From a virus: 64,000 nucleotides of DNA. Below the pieces are notes generated by a model, which was not told the origin of the DNA, made no database searches, and worked only from the letters and a program-made list of their open reading frames with translations. The stretch lies in IMG/VR virus record IMGVR_UViG_3300046468_001139; one strand, written 5' to 3'. The position numbers and the translations under genes were made by a program. Shown in pieces: positions 1 to 12,100 of this stretch (the stretch's first letter is position 1; the number at the start of each line of letters is the position of its first letter).

Positions 1-1
1 C

Positions 2-523
2 TGGTGTAAATTCATTGTTCGAAAATACTCCTATTAGTGTTCCTGCTATTGAAAACTTTATAATAGTTTTACTATTGTTTTGATTATCTAATACTGTTAC
101 AGTTTCAAACCCTGACTTGCCTTGGTCATTTGTATAAATTGGACCTGCTAAATTAAACTGTGTACCATCATAAAAATGTAATTGTCTTGTATCGTTGTTA
201 ATCCAAAGATCACCTGCAACTACACCAACACCTGGTTGTGAATTTTGTACAATAGGGCCACCACTGGTTCTAAAATTTGTTCCGTCATAAACTTTAAGTC
301 TTGCTTCTGTACTATCAAACCATAGCTGACCTTTTAGTGGTAAGCTAGGAGCCGATGTGTTAGCAAAATTTTCTAGTATCTTAATAAAGTTTTCGTTAAT
401 ACTTTCACCAAACCCTGAATAGTTTTTACCTATTAAGGAAATATCAGTACTTGTAGTATCTAAACTACCGTCGACTAAGTCTACTAGTAATGAGCCGTCC
501 GTTTTATTTAATTTATAACTCAT
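2..523 (-). CDS. Tail fibre protein, partial (runs off the window start); paralogue of 523..2553
   Basis: Not in the ORF track. ATG at 523 overlaps the upstream stop (TAATG). Translates MSYKLNKTDGSLLVDLVDGSLDTTSTDISLIGKNYSGFGESINENFIKILENFANTSAPSLPLKGQLWFD..., matching the N-terminus of the neighbouring fibre (ENFLHLLENFA...P.EGQLWYD). Confidence 0.8.
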   Translation of the reverse strand, partial: MSYKLNKTDGSLLVDLVDGSLDTTSTDISLIGKNYSGFGESINENFIKILENFANTSAPSLPLKGQLWFDSTEARLKVYDGTNFRTSGGPIVQNSQPGVGVVAGDLWINNDTRQLHFYDGTQFNLAGPIYTNDQGKSGFETVTVLDNQNNSKTIIKFSIAGTLIGVFSNNEFTP

Positions 524-2553
524 TATACTGCTCCCGTGTTTTGCCCAGCGTATATGATCATGTTTATTGCCATATATGGATTCATAACATCAATTGGTTG
601 TCCAATTGTGCTATTTGTTAGTACACCACCTGATGATGGATAAGCCTGTCCTGCTTGTGTTCCTGTTGGAGCATCGTATTGTATACCTTGTGGATCGTTT
701 GGTACTCCGCTAATATCTCTAGTAGTATAGTACTGGTCTCCACTTGGTCCACGTAAATCATGTTCGTGTTCTGGTAAGTTAGTAAGTCCAATTGATTGTG
801 TTTGTTGTCCTTCAACATTACCTAATGTATCTGCCGCCGCACTAGTTACACGGTTAGCACTTTCGCCGCCCATGTTATCTAAGCCTAGCATAAATCTACC
901 ACGTAAGTCTGGTAACGCAAATTTACCTGCTGTTACAAGTGCTTGTGCTTTAAAGTTATATTCAATAACGTTAAACAAGTTTTGATATTCAGCAATGCTA
1001 ACTTCTCTACCATCACATATTAACCAATCTGCTGGTAGTACGCCTGCCGCAAATGCAGTAATCATACCAACTGGTAATTGCGGAATAGCTTTAAACAAGT
1101 TAGTTCTTGATATTTTAAATACACCAGTGTCACCTTGGACTCTGTTAAACATGTATTCATCTGTTGGTTCACTTAATGCTTGTTCTGTTTTAGCCGCAAT
1201 AAATGTGTTGTCAATTGTTGTAGTAAAAGTTTTTACACTAGCATCTTGTCCATCAAAGCTAAACTCAGGAGCACTTACATCGCCAACCATTCTAAATGTT
1301 GTTGCACTTGCTAGTTTATCAGTTGATCCTGATCTACCACTAATTGATCCTGTTACGTTACCTGTTAAGTTACCAACAAAGTTTTGTGAAAATACATTTA
1401 AGAACTGTTCGTTTGCAGTACCAATATTTCTTGTTGTTGTAATGTTTGGAACAATATTACCTGTAGTTAATAATCCTGCAATGTTTGTATCGCTACCTAC
1501 ATACAATCTTTTAGCAATACCAACACCACCTCTAGCAATAATACTACCTGTGTTTATAGTTGAACTGTCTGTTGTTCCGTTAACTAATACGCTACTGTCT
1601 GTTTGTATATTTCCAACTACGTCTAATGACTCAACTGGTGCTAAATTATTAATACCAATTTTGCTTGTTGAATCAACACGTAAAACTGTAGTAGTTGTAC
1701 CTTCGTTGTTAACTCTAATATCAATGTTTGATCCACTTGTTTGGTGACCAATAATACCTGCTTGTCCTTCAATACCAATGTTCAATGCACTATCTGCACC
1801 TACTGTGATACCTGAATTATTTTTAACATTAACAGCAACTAGGCTGTTAGTTTCTTTGTCAGCTCTAAGGAAGTTTGCCGCTGGAACATTTTCTGCTCCT
1901 ATAACTAATGATTCTGCTTTTTCTGCTGTACCTAAATATTTTGCAGTACCTGAACCTGTAATATCAAACGTACTTAAATTATAACCTGGCTTAATACTTG
2001 TAAAGCCTTGTATTGTTGTTTTAGGTGTAAATGCATCTGTTGAAATAATTGCAAGTGTTTTTGCTTTTACTTCAATAATTAAAACTGTGTAAGTAATATT
2101 GTCTGTGCCAATAATAGTTGTAGGCTTAACACCTGTTGAAAGACCATCACTAAATGTTGGTCCAACTAATATCCATCCAGAACCTGTATACAAATATAAT
2201 TGTTGGTTGTCTGTATCAACCCAAAGGTCACCTGTAACTGATTGGTTTGCTTCTGGTGCTGTAGTAGCTTTCTTTAAACCTGATGCACTAACCCAGTTAG
2301 TACCATCATATAATTTTAACTGATCAACACCTGGAGTTGTATCATACCACAACTGTCCTTCTACAGGATTTGTTGGTGCTGTGTTAAAAGCAAAGTTTTC
2401 TAATAAGTGTAAAAAGTTTTCGGCAATAGCTGTACCATACGCAGTTGTATTTCTGCCTGGCAAGTCCAAGGACGTTTGTTGGTTAATAGTGTTGTCTTCA
2501 ACAACAATAGTACCTTTTTGGGATAAGTCAGTATATTGTACAGTATATGCCAT
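523..2553 (-). CDS. Short tail fibre-like protein with C-terminal phage tail-collar domain
   Basis: Collar motif PVGMITAFA...WLICDG...LFNVI...FALPDLRGRF...LPEHEH...MNPYMAINMII; lies in the baseplate module. Confidence 0.8.
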   Translation of the reverse strand: MAYTVQYTDLSQKGTIVVEDNTINQQTSLDLPGRNTTAYGTAIAENFLHLLENFAFNTAPTNPVEGQLWYDTTPGVDQLKLYDGTNWVSASGLKKATTAPEANQSVTGDLWVDTDNQQLYLYTGSGWILVGPTFSDGLSTGVKPTTIIGTDNITYTVLIIEVKAKTLAIISTDAFTPKTTIQGFTSIKPGYNLSTFDITGSGTAKYLGTAEKAESLVIGAENVPAANFLRADKETNSLVAVNVKNNSGITVGADSALNIGIEGQAGIIGHQTSGSNIDIRVNNEGTTTTVLRVDSTSKIGINNLAPVESLDVVGNIQTDSSVLVNGTTDSSTINTGSIIARGGVGIAKRLYVGSDTNIAGLLTTGNIVPNITTTRNIGTANEQFLNVFSQNFVGNLTGNVTGSISGRSGSTDKLASATTFRMVGDVSAPEFSFDGQDASVKTFTTTIDNTFIAAKTEQALSEPTDEYMFNRVQGDTGVFKISRTNLFKAIPQLPVGMITAFAAGVLPADWLICDGREVSIAEYQNLFNVIEYNFKAQALVTAGKFALPDLRGRFMLGLDNMGGESANRVTSAAADTLGNVEGQQTQSIGLTNLPEHEHDLRGPSGDQYYTTRDISGVPNDPQGIQYDAPTGTQAGQAYPSSGGVLTNSTIGQPIDVMNPYMAINMIIYAGQNTGAV

Positions 2554-2556
2554 TTA

Positions 2557-3174
2557 TTAAACCTCGTTAAAACCTGTTAAACTCTGTACTCTAACAGTAT
2601 AATCAATTTGGATTAGTCTGTTTAGTGACTTCTGTACAGGGTGGAAAATTACGTGTGTTAGCAATCTGCCTGTTCCGCTAGTTGCATAACTTACAAGTCC
2701 TAACTCGTCAAACACATACAAACTGTCGTTTGCTGTTGCGTTATCAAGAGCATCTTGCCCACTAGGCTCACCGTAGTCTAATAAACAAGTTGCTACAATA
2801 TCTGTGTAGTTAGTTCCGCTTACGTGTCTAGTTTCTAATTTGTTTCTAGTAGGATCAACGTTATTAACATTGTTGTTGTCAATAACTTTAGCATATGTTT
2901 GATTATACAAACTAGCATTAGTTCCTGTTGAGTTTGGTGACAAGTACGTAATAATACCCGTTGGGTCTACGTTAGTACCGCCATTACCAAATGCCATTTG
3001 GTAGACCATACCCTGTCCTTGATTAGATAAACTTTCCGCTAATGAAATACTCATGTTTTCGTAGTGAATAGCATTACGCTTGTCCACCAAGATTTCACCA
3101 GTCTCTGGATTGTGTATCTTGATGTGCCCTTGCAAAAGAACACCTTGTTTATCATTAAATTTGTCTGTCATCAT
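2557..3174 (-). CDS. Conserved baseplate/tail-associated structural protein
   Basis: 205 aa, beta-rich (FDELGL...LLTHVIFHPVQKS...IDYTVR), between the giant wedge gene and the fibres; TAAATA and an SD-like sequence upstream. Confidence 0.55.
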   Translation of the reverse strand: MMTDKFNDKQGVLLQGHIKIHNPETGEILVDKRNAIHYENMSISLAESLSNQGQGMVYQMAFGNGGTNVDPTGIITYLSPNSTGTNASLYNQTYAKVIDNNNVNNVDPTRNKLETRHVSGTNYTDIVATCLLDYGEPSGQDALDNATANDSLYVFDELGLVSYATSGTGRLLTHVIFHPVQKSLNRLIQIDYTVRVQSLTGFNEV

Positions 3175-3192
3175 TATTTCCTACAAGTGTAT

Positions 3193-6100
3193 TTATTTAG
3201 GTAACGCCACCTCTGTTGTTCTTAAGAACCTTGCAATGTCATTTTCTTGCCTATGTAGAGGAATTCCACTGTCAGTCCAAGGTTTACCAATGCGTCTAAC
3301 CACCACTATCTTGGTATTAATAGGTGGTGTTTCAGCTAATACAACAGTTGAAGTTGTTCCATCGACACTAAACTCCGCGGGCGACACAATATCTGCCTCT
3401 GGGCTGTCTAAATCAACAGTTGGATCATATGTATTTATTGCATTTTTACGCAGGCGCTTACCAGCGACAAATATTTCAAATTCATGTACTGAATTTGGAA
3501 TAAAGTCTACTACAATGCTACTAGTTGAGCCATCTGCTGTAAATGTTTGCTGAAGTGTTCTATCTTGATATGGAACAGTTTGCTTGTTACTCTGATCTAT
3601 TAGTTCAGTTCCTTTAGCATGTACTGTTGCAATACCAGTTCCTAGTGTACCTCTACGTAATTGTCTAAGTACTCCGCCTTCTTTTAAGTAATATTCAATA
3701 CGCTCTCCGTCAATAAACACAATACCTGGAATACTACGGTCTTTGTTTGGTTGAGGTAGTGTATCAGAGTTAGTAACTTTGATACTAGTATCGTAATAGT
3801 TTAAATCTTCAGCTAAGAAGTAACGTGATTCATCACCTAAACGTTTAAAGTGTGTTCTATTAAGCATATCTTTGAATTGACTAAACCCAAACTTAGGAAT
3901 AATAGTACTATTACTAAAGTGTATTACTTCCATTTCGTCATTTGCATCAATATCAACTGCTACTCTAATAGTTACTTTGTCTTCTAGTAATGCATATTCA
4001 ACATTTGGACTTAATAGTTCGCCATTTTTAGTTAACCATACATAACTTGTATCAATTGCAGGAGTTCTTAGTTTAATAAATCCGTTTGCTAATTGATGAT
4101 ATTCGTTATATTCTTTTGTATCTGTTGTAAGTGTAGCTCTTGCAACAACATCTAAATTAATTCTTTCAATTTTTGCAACATCATGATTACTAAATTGATA
4201 AACAGTTACCTTTTCACCATTTTGTGGAGCAGTTGTTAACTGTACTTGATTAGGTGTTTCATTCCAATAACCATTAGCATCAAACACACCAAAGTCATAC
4301 TCTCCATCACCTAGTAAGTAAACATCTAAAATGTCTCCGTTGTTACCAACACCAGCAAATAATTCAACACTTGAATTAAATCTATTCCAAATATAACTTG
4401 TTGATAATATTTGCTCTACGCCGTTTAAGAATACTTTAATTTTTTCTGCTGGTATCTGTGCAAGTCCAACTTGCCAATCACGCAGTTTGTATTCTCTAGT
4501 TGATGAAACTGTATACTGTTGATTGTATCCAGGTGTAAGTATTTTATTACCTACTTTAACAACTACGCTGTTTGCTAATGGGCGTTGTGTAAACGGTGCA
4601 TTAGCTAAATTAAATGTTTGTAATGATCCTGAACCTGTAAACTCATCAATTGATATCTGTGAGAACGACTTAGCCGCACTATCATAAATTACATACTGTA
4701 TAAGCTCTCCTGGAAGAGGAGCAATCGGTAGTCTAAGTAATACTTGACCTGCTGTTTCGTATGTTGAATCTGTTTCTGCAAGTACAGCATCAATTGGAGC
4801 ACCGTCTTTTGTAATAAACAAACTTAGTCCTTGTTTAAACTTAACTGATGTAACAAATACTGATGTTGATCCGTCACCTGTAAATGTGTCTGCATCAAGA
4901 ATGTTTTCACCGTTAGCTGACATTGTAATAATGTTAACACTTTGACCGTTTGCTATTGCAACGCTGTTATCTAATGTTAATGTTTTATCCTGATAATTTA
5001 CAGTAAACAAACTGTTATTACCTGAATCTAAAATTGTTCCGTTAGCTTTAACAAACACATCTTTGCTACTTGCTGGTACTCTATCAAGTTTAAATGTACG
5101 GCTTCCTGTGTAAATGTAGTTGTAATTATTAATTATACTTGAACCATCATTAATTCTATCGTATACTTTAATGTTTACACTATCAAGTAATTGTCCTGGA
5201 ACAAGTTCTTCAGGTCCTTTAGATGTTAACGGAGTTACAAACCCATCACCATCAACTACAATTTCTTCTGCACTAATACCTTTTGCAGTTGAGTACGCTA
5301 TGTCACCACCTTGTAACATTGTGTCATATGCGTCTGCATCTGGTAAGAAGCTACCATCACTTGTTGATTTTCTAATAACAATTACATCGTTACCTGCTGT
5401 TGGAATCTTATCATTGTCAATAACAAATGTATCTGTTGTACCATCACCTACTAGTGAATTCATTACTGCATTTGGATTACCTGGAACTGTTGATCCATCA
5501 TATTCAGGATCGTCAATTCTAATACCATTTTTATATACGTTATATGTTACGCCATTAACTAATGGAGCAGACAATGTTAATACTTGTGTACTTCCGTCTA
5601 GTTGGAAAATTTCATCTTCGTATGTTGCATCATATGAATCCCAAGTAGTTGTGTAATAAGGTTCGTTACCATATCCTGTACCTGTATTAAATGCAAAACT
5701 CTTAACTTGTACTCCACCGTAATCAACACCGTCCATTAACTGTGAAATATCGTTACCTAACTGTCCTGTTGAAGGATTGTAGAACAAGTTAATTCTATCT
5801 TGTGCTTGTAGCATTGATACATCTTTTTTGTATGTAACAACAATAACTGCATTGTTTGCCGGAGGATTATCAAATGTAATACGTCCTTTGTATCTTGTGT
5901 AAGACTTATCAGTATATTCTTCATTGCTAACTGAATAGTTACCTTGTAATTCTTCAATGCCGTTAACTGTAATAGTAACTTGGTTACGTCTTACGTCCAT
6001 TGGCCATTTAACATCAAAAAATGTTTTACTGTTATTACCTGCAAACGTTTGTGTTTCTGCTAATGAAGTAATTAAAAATGTTCCTGTTACACGGTCAAAC

Positions 6101-9100
6101 TTACTACGCAAGTGCATAGCTCTAATTTTACTATTACCTAGTTGTGCTGATGCTTTAGCAATTCTACTTTCGTTAACAGTTGACAAACTACCTTCAATTT
6201 CAATAGTTGGTGCTGACAAGTAACCTGAACCTGGATTTGTAACTTCAATGCTTACAACACTTCCGCCTGATCCTAATTTAGCAAGTCCTTTAGCACCTGT
6301 TCCGCCTCCGCCTACAAATTTAATAACAGGTATTTCAGTATAGCCTAAACCTTTATCACTAATATTACAACTAGCAACTTCAAAGCCTACATTGTCTAAC
6401 CAATGCTTGTTTGGATAAGTGTTTAATGTTGCATCTTGTCCGTAGATTAAATTGTCTTTAACTTTAAGTGATGCTGGTTCAATACGCTGTGTATCTTCGT
6501 TGTATTGTGGAGCAAAGTCAAAGTCGCTAATACTACTTGAAGTTAAATCTGTCTTAGTATAGTTACTTAGGTATTCTCTAATTTTTGTTTTGAAAGGTTT
6601 AGTTTCTTTAACAAATTCTTCGTAACTTGGTAAGCTATCATTTTGGAATGTAACTTTTTGCTGTAAATCACCAGCATTGTGTTTTGCTTTAATGAAACTA
6701 GTTTTAAATGCCCAATCAACAAACGGTTGCTCTGCAAACGCATATCTAATACTTGCTAGGAATAACTGATTGTATTCTACTTCTAAGCCATCAACAAATA
6801 TATCATCTCTAAGTGATTTTAAAATAATACGCAATTCGTTAGTTGGTTGATTATCGTAGAATGCTGTATCATAACTTAATCCGTCAAAGCCTACAAAGCT
6901 CTTAGTAAAGTTATACAGTTCTTCTTTAAATTCTATAGTTCCGTCTTGTCTACCAATAGTTCTATAGTTACTTGTGTAATCACTTGCTTCTTCATTACTA
7001 ATTTTTTCTAGTAACAACCAACCACCAGTACCGATGTTTTTAATTTTAATAATATCACCAATGGTGTCATTCAACGATGTTAGTAAGTAACTTTCATCAA
7101 TAGTAAAATCAATATCAGTAAATTTACTGTAACCAGCATCGTACCAATCAATGTAGTTCCACCAGTTGCTTACATCATATGCTTGAGTTGCTGTTCTTTG
7201 GTACTCAGCTAATACTGTGTTATATGAAAATATTGACCATTTACTGTTTACAGTTTCATCACTCTTAACAAGTACACTAAACAATCTTACTGATAAGTTT
7301 GTGTTTGGTGAATAGTTTTTACCTGGATTTCTAACTGTTACGCTACCAATACCACCTGCGGTATTAAGTGTTAATGTAACTTGTGCTTTTTCACCATCAC
7401 CAACTTGTTCAAACTCGTATGTTGGTACTGTGATATAGCCCGAACCTGGATTTGTAATATCAACTCTAACTAATTTTCCTTCTTCAAATACAGGAGTTAG
7501 TGTTGCTGGCTTAACCTTTGAAATATTAACAAAACTAAGTTCAGAATATGTATCAATTGCTACATCATATTTAGAACTAATAATATCTGGTTGTGGATCT
7601 GATGATAACAAATTAGTAAAGCTGTATTCATCTACAATTAATTCTTTAGCCAACACTCTATTAGTACGTTCAATTACTTGTTTAAGTGCTTCAGTACTAT
7701 TTTTAAACATTGACTGTCTAGGTCTATTAAGTACACCGTATTTCTGCTTAGGCGATAACGCTGGATCAGGAACTGGTCTATTATAAATGTCTACACCAAC
7801 TAAACTATCAATCCATTTAGCTTCTAAGTCTTTGTTAGGTTTACTCGTTGCTAATCCATCAGTAATAAGTTGATATTGATTATGTTGATTAATTTCTTGA
7901 TTAGGGATTGTCCAGTATCTAAAGTTAATTGCTTTTTTATCTTCTTCAACTAAACTACCACAGTTGTATAATCCAAATCTATCATTAGAGTAAACTGCAA
8001 CAAATTTATAACCTTGTCCTGCAGGATCATTAATTAATTGTGCAACATCGTATGCACTTGATCTTCTGTTTTCAAGTGTTGGAATAATTTTAGTATTTTT
8101 AACCCAATAGTAATATTTGTTATAGAAACTTGAACTTACACTATTATATAATCTTTTAGTTACAAATGTAGTAGTTCCGTATTTAGGTGTTCCACTAATA
8201 CCTCTTGCTAATCCATCTTCTGTATCAGCTAGTTCTAACCACTGTGTTGGTGTTAATGATGTTTCAACCCATTCATATACATCTATACTAGATCCAACCA
8301 TTTGTTGATTAAAGTTAGCTGTGTTATAAATGATATTGTTTTGATATGGTTCAATCCATTGTACTGTACTAATATCCCACCATAGTTTACCTACATGCTC
8401 GTTAGCCCAATAATTTTCTGTATCTACATTTACATTAGATTGATCAGTTTGTGTATAAGTTGCAGGATCAAACGGAGTTGTAAATGCTAATTCTTCTTCA
8501 GCCGGTCCAGCAATTTTTCCTTGAATAGGATCAATATAATCTAATTGTGTTGCTGTTCCGCTTCCGTCTTTACTGTAAACAAATACTCCTTTGAACTTAT
8601 CTAAGTCAACTTGTCTAGTTGGACTTCTATATGTTTTCCATGGAAGTTCGTTACGTTGACGTTTGTAATCTACAACTGTACCAATAAAATTATTACCTGT
8701 ATTAGATGCACTAAGCTCTGGCATTGAAACATATATGTGGTTGTTTGACGCATGGATAAATTCTCCAAAGCGTTCAACGTTGCTGTTATTAAATGCTAAT
8801 TTCTCTGCATATAATAAGTATCCACCAACATACTGGTAAATGAATACTTCACCACTGTCTAAGTTTTCTTTACTAAACTGTGTTAAGTTATTATCATATG
8901 TAGTTTCAACTGCTAAATCAGATTCTTTACTGTTAACGTATTGTGCCGTAACAAGTGTACTATCATCTAAGTACGTCTGTGGTTGCGGATCCATTGCGGC
9001 TGTATATCTATCAAAGGAAGTATTATCAACCAAGTTACCACCTTGTGATGATATCATTAGTTCGTTACCTGAGAAGTCAACTGTTTGACCAAAGCGTTCT

Positions 9101-12100
9101 GCTACAGAACTATCTGGACTATAAAGCTCTTGGAATAAGTTAAATGTACCTTCTGTATTTTTGTATACATAAACTTTACCGTTGTCATTTGCTATTGAGT
9201 CATCTAACGGAGCACCAACTGCAATTAATTCACCATCGTCACTTATTGCTATTGCTGATGCATATTTTGTAGACGCAACAGGAGTATCAATAACTTGTGA
9301 ATATTCATAATGGTTATTGTTAAATCTATAAATTGCAATCTTAGGAGTTGCATTTTCAAAGTCAGCTACAGTTGCTAATACGTTTCCGTTTTTATTTACA
9401 GTAAACGGATGTGCAAAATTATATAAAGTGTTGCTTTCGTTATCAAATGTGCTATCGCCATCTGGCTGATAACCTGTATCATTTGGAACATAACCTATGA
9501 AATCAATATTCTGTGCTAACAATATCCAACTTGAACTAAACGCACTTGCTACTTGGTTAGTTAAACTTTTGTAAAACTGATTATTATAAAGTACAATGTC
9601 ATCTGTGTAATATGGTACTGCATCACTAAACACACCCTTGTATGAAGGATTATTAGTAAATGCCCAATTAAATTCACTACCGTCACTATCAACACCGTGT
9701 TTAATAAAATGTATTCTACCCGGATTAGTTCCGTTGCCAGCGCCTGGCGCACTTACAAACAATCTGTATAGATTGTCTTGTTTAGTCATTTCAATCTGTG
9801 TACCTAGGTTTTTATTATTACCTCTTTCAAGATTTGTATAACCGTGTTGTAAACTGTATTCACCACTGCCTGTTTTATTATAGATAAAGTATGCACCTTC
9901 ATTACTGTATGAACTTGCAACACCGTCTTTAGGGTCAATTGGCAAATTAAATATTTGTGTATATTCTTTGTTTAACGGACTTGGAATATTTGCTGTACGT
10001 GCCGCACCTGTTACAGAGCGGTTTGTATAAAACTGGAATTCAATTTCATTTTTAAATGATGGTGTTACAACTTGCAACAACGTACTATCGTTATTTCTAA
10101 CAACAATATACTTACCTGAGAAATCAGTTGTTAAGTCTGTAGATTCAATACGTCCTGTTAATCTATTAAATCCTTGGCCTTGCCAGTTACTAATATGTAA
10201 GTCGCCAGTTGCACCATGTGTGTTACCATATGCAAATACTCCTGCACTTGTGTTTAAGTTTTTAACAAATACTCTTGCACCAAGTAATCCTTCTTGTACA
10301 TACGCTACTTCTGCATAAGCACCTGTAAATAATTGTGTTACAATATCTCCTTCAACAGGAACATATGGTACTTGGTTTGGTGGTGGTGTAAAGTTAGTAA
10401 ATGTAATATCAATATAACCGTCCCACAAGTCATGTACTGTGTGAGGTGAATTTATATAGTTAAAAGACAATCCTAATGCTGACGGATCATAAAGTGTATT
10501 CAAGCTATCTCTAACTTGGTTCATTGACATTGTAAAATTATCTGTAGGACTTAATGTATCCGTAATTGCTTTTGGTGCTCTAACAAACCAATACGGCTCT
10601 GTTACTGGAAGTCCTTGTTTATCGTAATAACTTAGTATTCCAATCTTACCGCCCTTAGTTGGGTTACCAATGTCGTTGTTAAACGCATTTACATCGTCCA
10701 TTGTATTTGCCGCAACTTCTGGTGTTCTACTTTCTGTTTCAAGTATAAAGTCACCTATTACAAGGTTTGGAACTGTAATTGTTTTTTCTGTAGTTGTAAA
10801 GCTATTAATACCATCAATTCTCCACCAACCGCCATACGTTGTATTTGGATTAGCAAATTCAACAGCTTCATATGTACCCATATCAACGCCGTTAGTTATT
10901 AATGAACCTGTAGACTCAAACTCACCATTAACATCTGTCATGTACAACATTGCTGAGTTAACATTATCAATAATGATATCTTGTACTGTACCAATTGCTG
11001 TTGGTGTAGATACAATGTCGCCTACTGCTGGTGTTCTTAAAATATTATCAACATATAAGATAGCATCAATCTTTCCAGCAATAACTTTAGTGCCTTCAAA
11101 TGACGCAGTACCTGGACCATTAACACCAAACGGTAAAATACCATTTGGATAGTTTTGTGAATATTGATTCCATTGTAAACTAATTTTATCGTTAACGCTT
11201 GAACCTTCGTAAGGATCTTTTGGAGCTCTAACTAATATATGATCTGTTGCTCCATCAAAACTGTAACGTCCTCTAATTGCATATACTGTTTCTGGATATG
11301 CTCCGTCGGCATAACTTGCAACTGCAACATCATGTGATGCTTGGTAGCTGTTAAATGTAAACGACCCTGATGCCGCTGTAATACCATAATTTGCTTTCCA
11401 TAGATTCTGTTTATATGATACAATATCGTTTGTTGCATAGTTTGAAGAATCTGAAAACTCACCTTTGTATAATGTTTTAACATTACTTGCTTGTGGTGCA
11501 CCTATTGCTAAAAATTCTCCATCTTCTGCAATAGCAACTGACTTACCAAAGTTTCCGTTACCGGAGTAATAAGTTGAACCTGGATCTTCAATTGTTTGAA
11601 GGTGTGTAAAATCTGTTGTGTCTGTAGTTCTGCCAAACAAGTATACTTCACTGTTGCCTGGCGCACTAATTGCAAGTGTTGTGTTTCTTTGGTCTGCCGC
11701 AATTACTTTACCAAACTCTACACTTGAATCACTAGTTTTAATATTTGATAAAACCTGTTGCTCAGAGTGTACAGGCTCATTTTTTAATACTAGCCAGTTG
11801 TCTGTAATATCTTTATCAATCCAAATAGTTTCTCCAACTTTTAGATCGTTGTTATAATCTGATAGCAATAAGTTTGCACTATCAAAACTAGTTGTTCTAT
11901 TAGAATTAAACTTAGTAACAAAACCATTAACAAGTTCAGCATCTTCAACTGTACCGTTAGGATAACAAATTAATGTATCAAGTTCGTTACGTTTAACTTT
12001 GAAAAACTTCTCAGCACCTTCAACGTCAACTATACCAATAATTTCATCAACTTCGTATTTTGATTGTTTACCAAGTGTAATTACAAATTCTTCTACACCA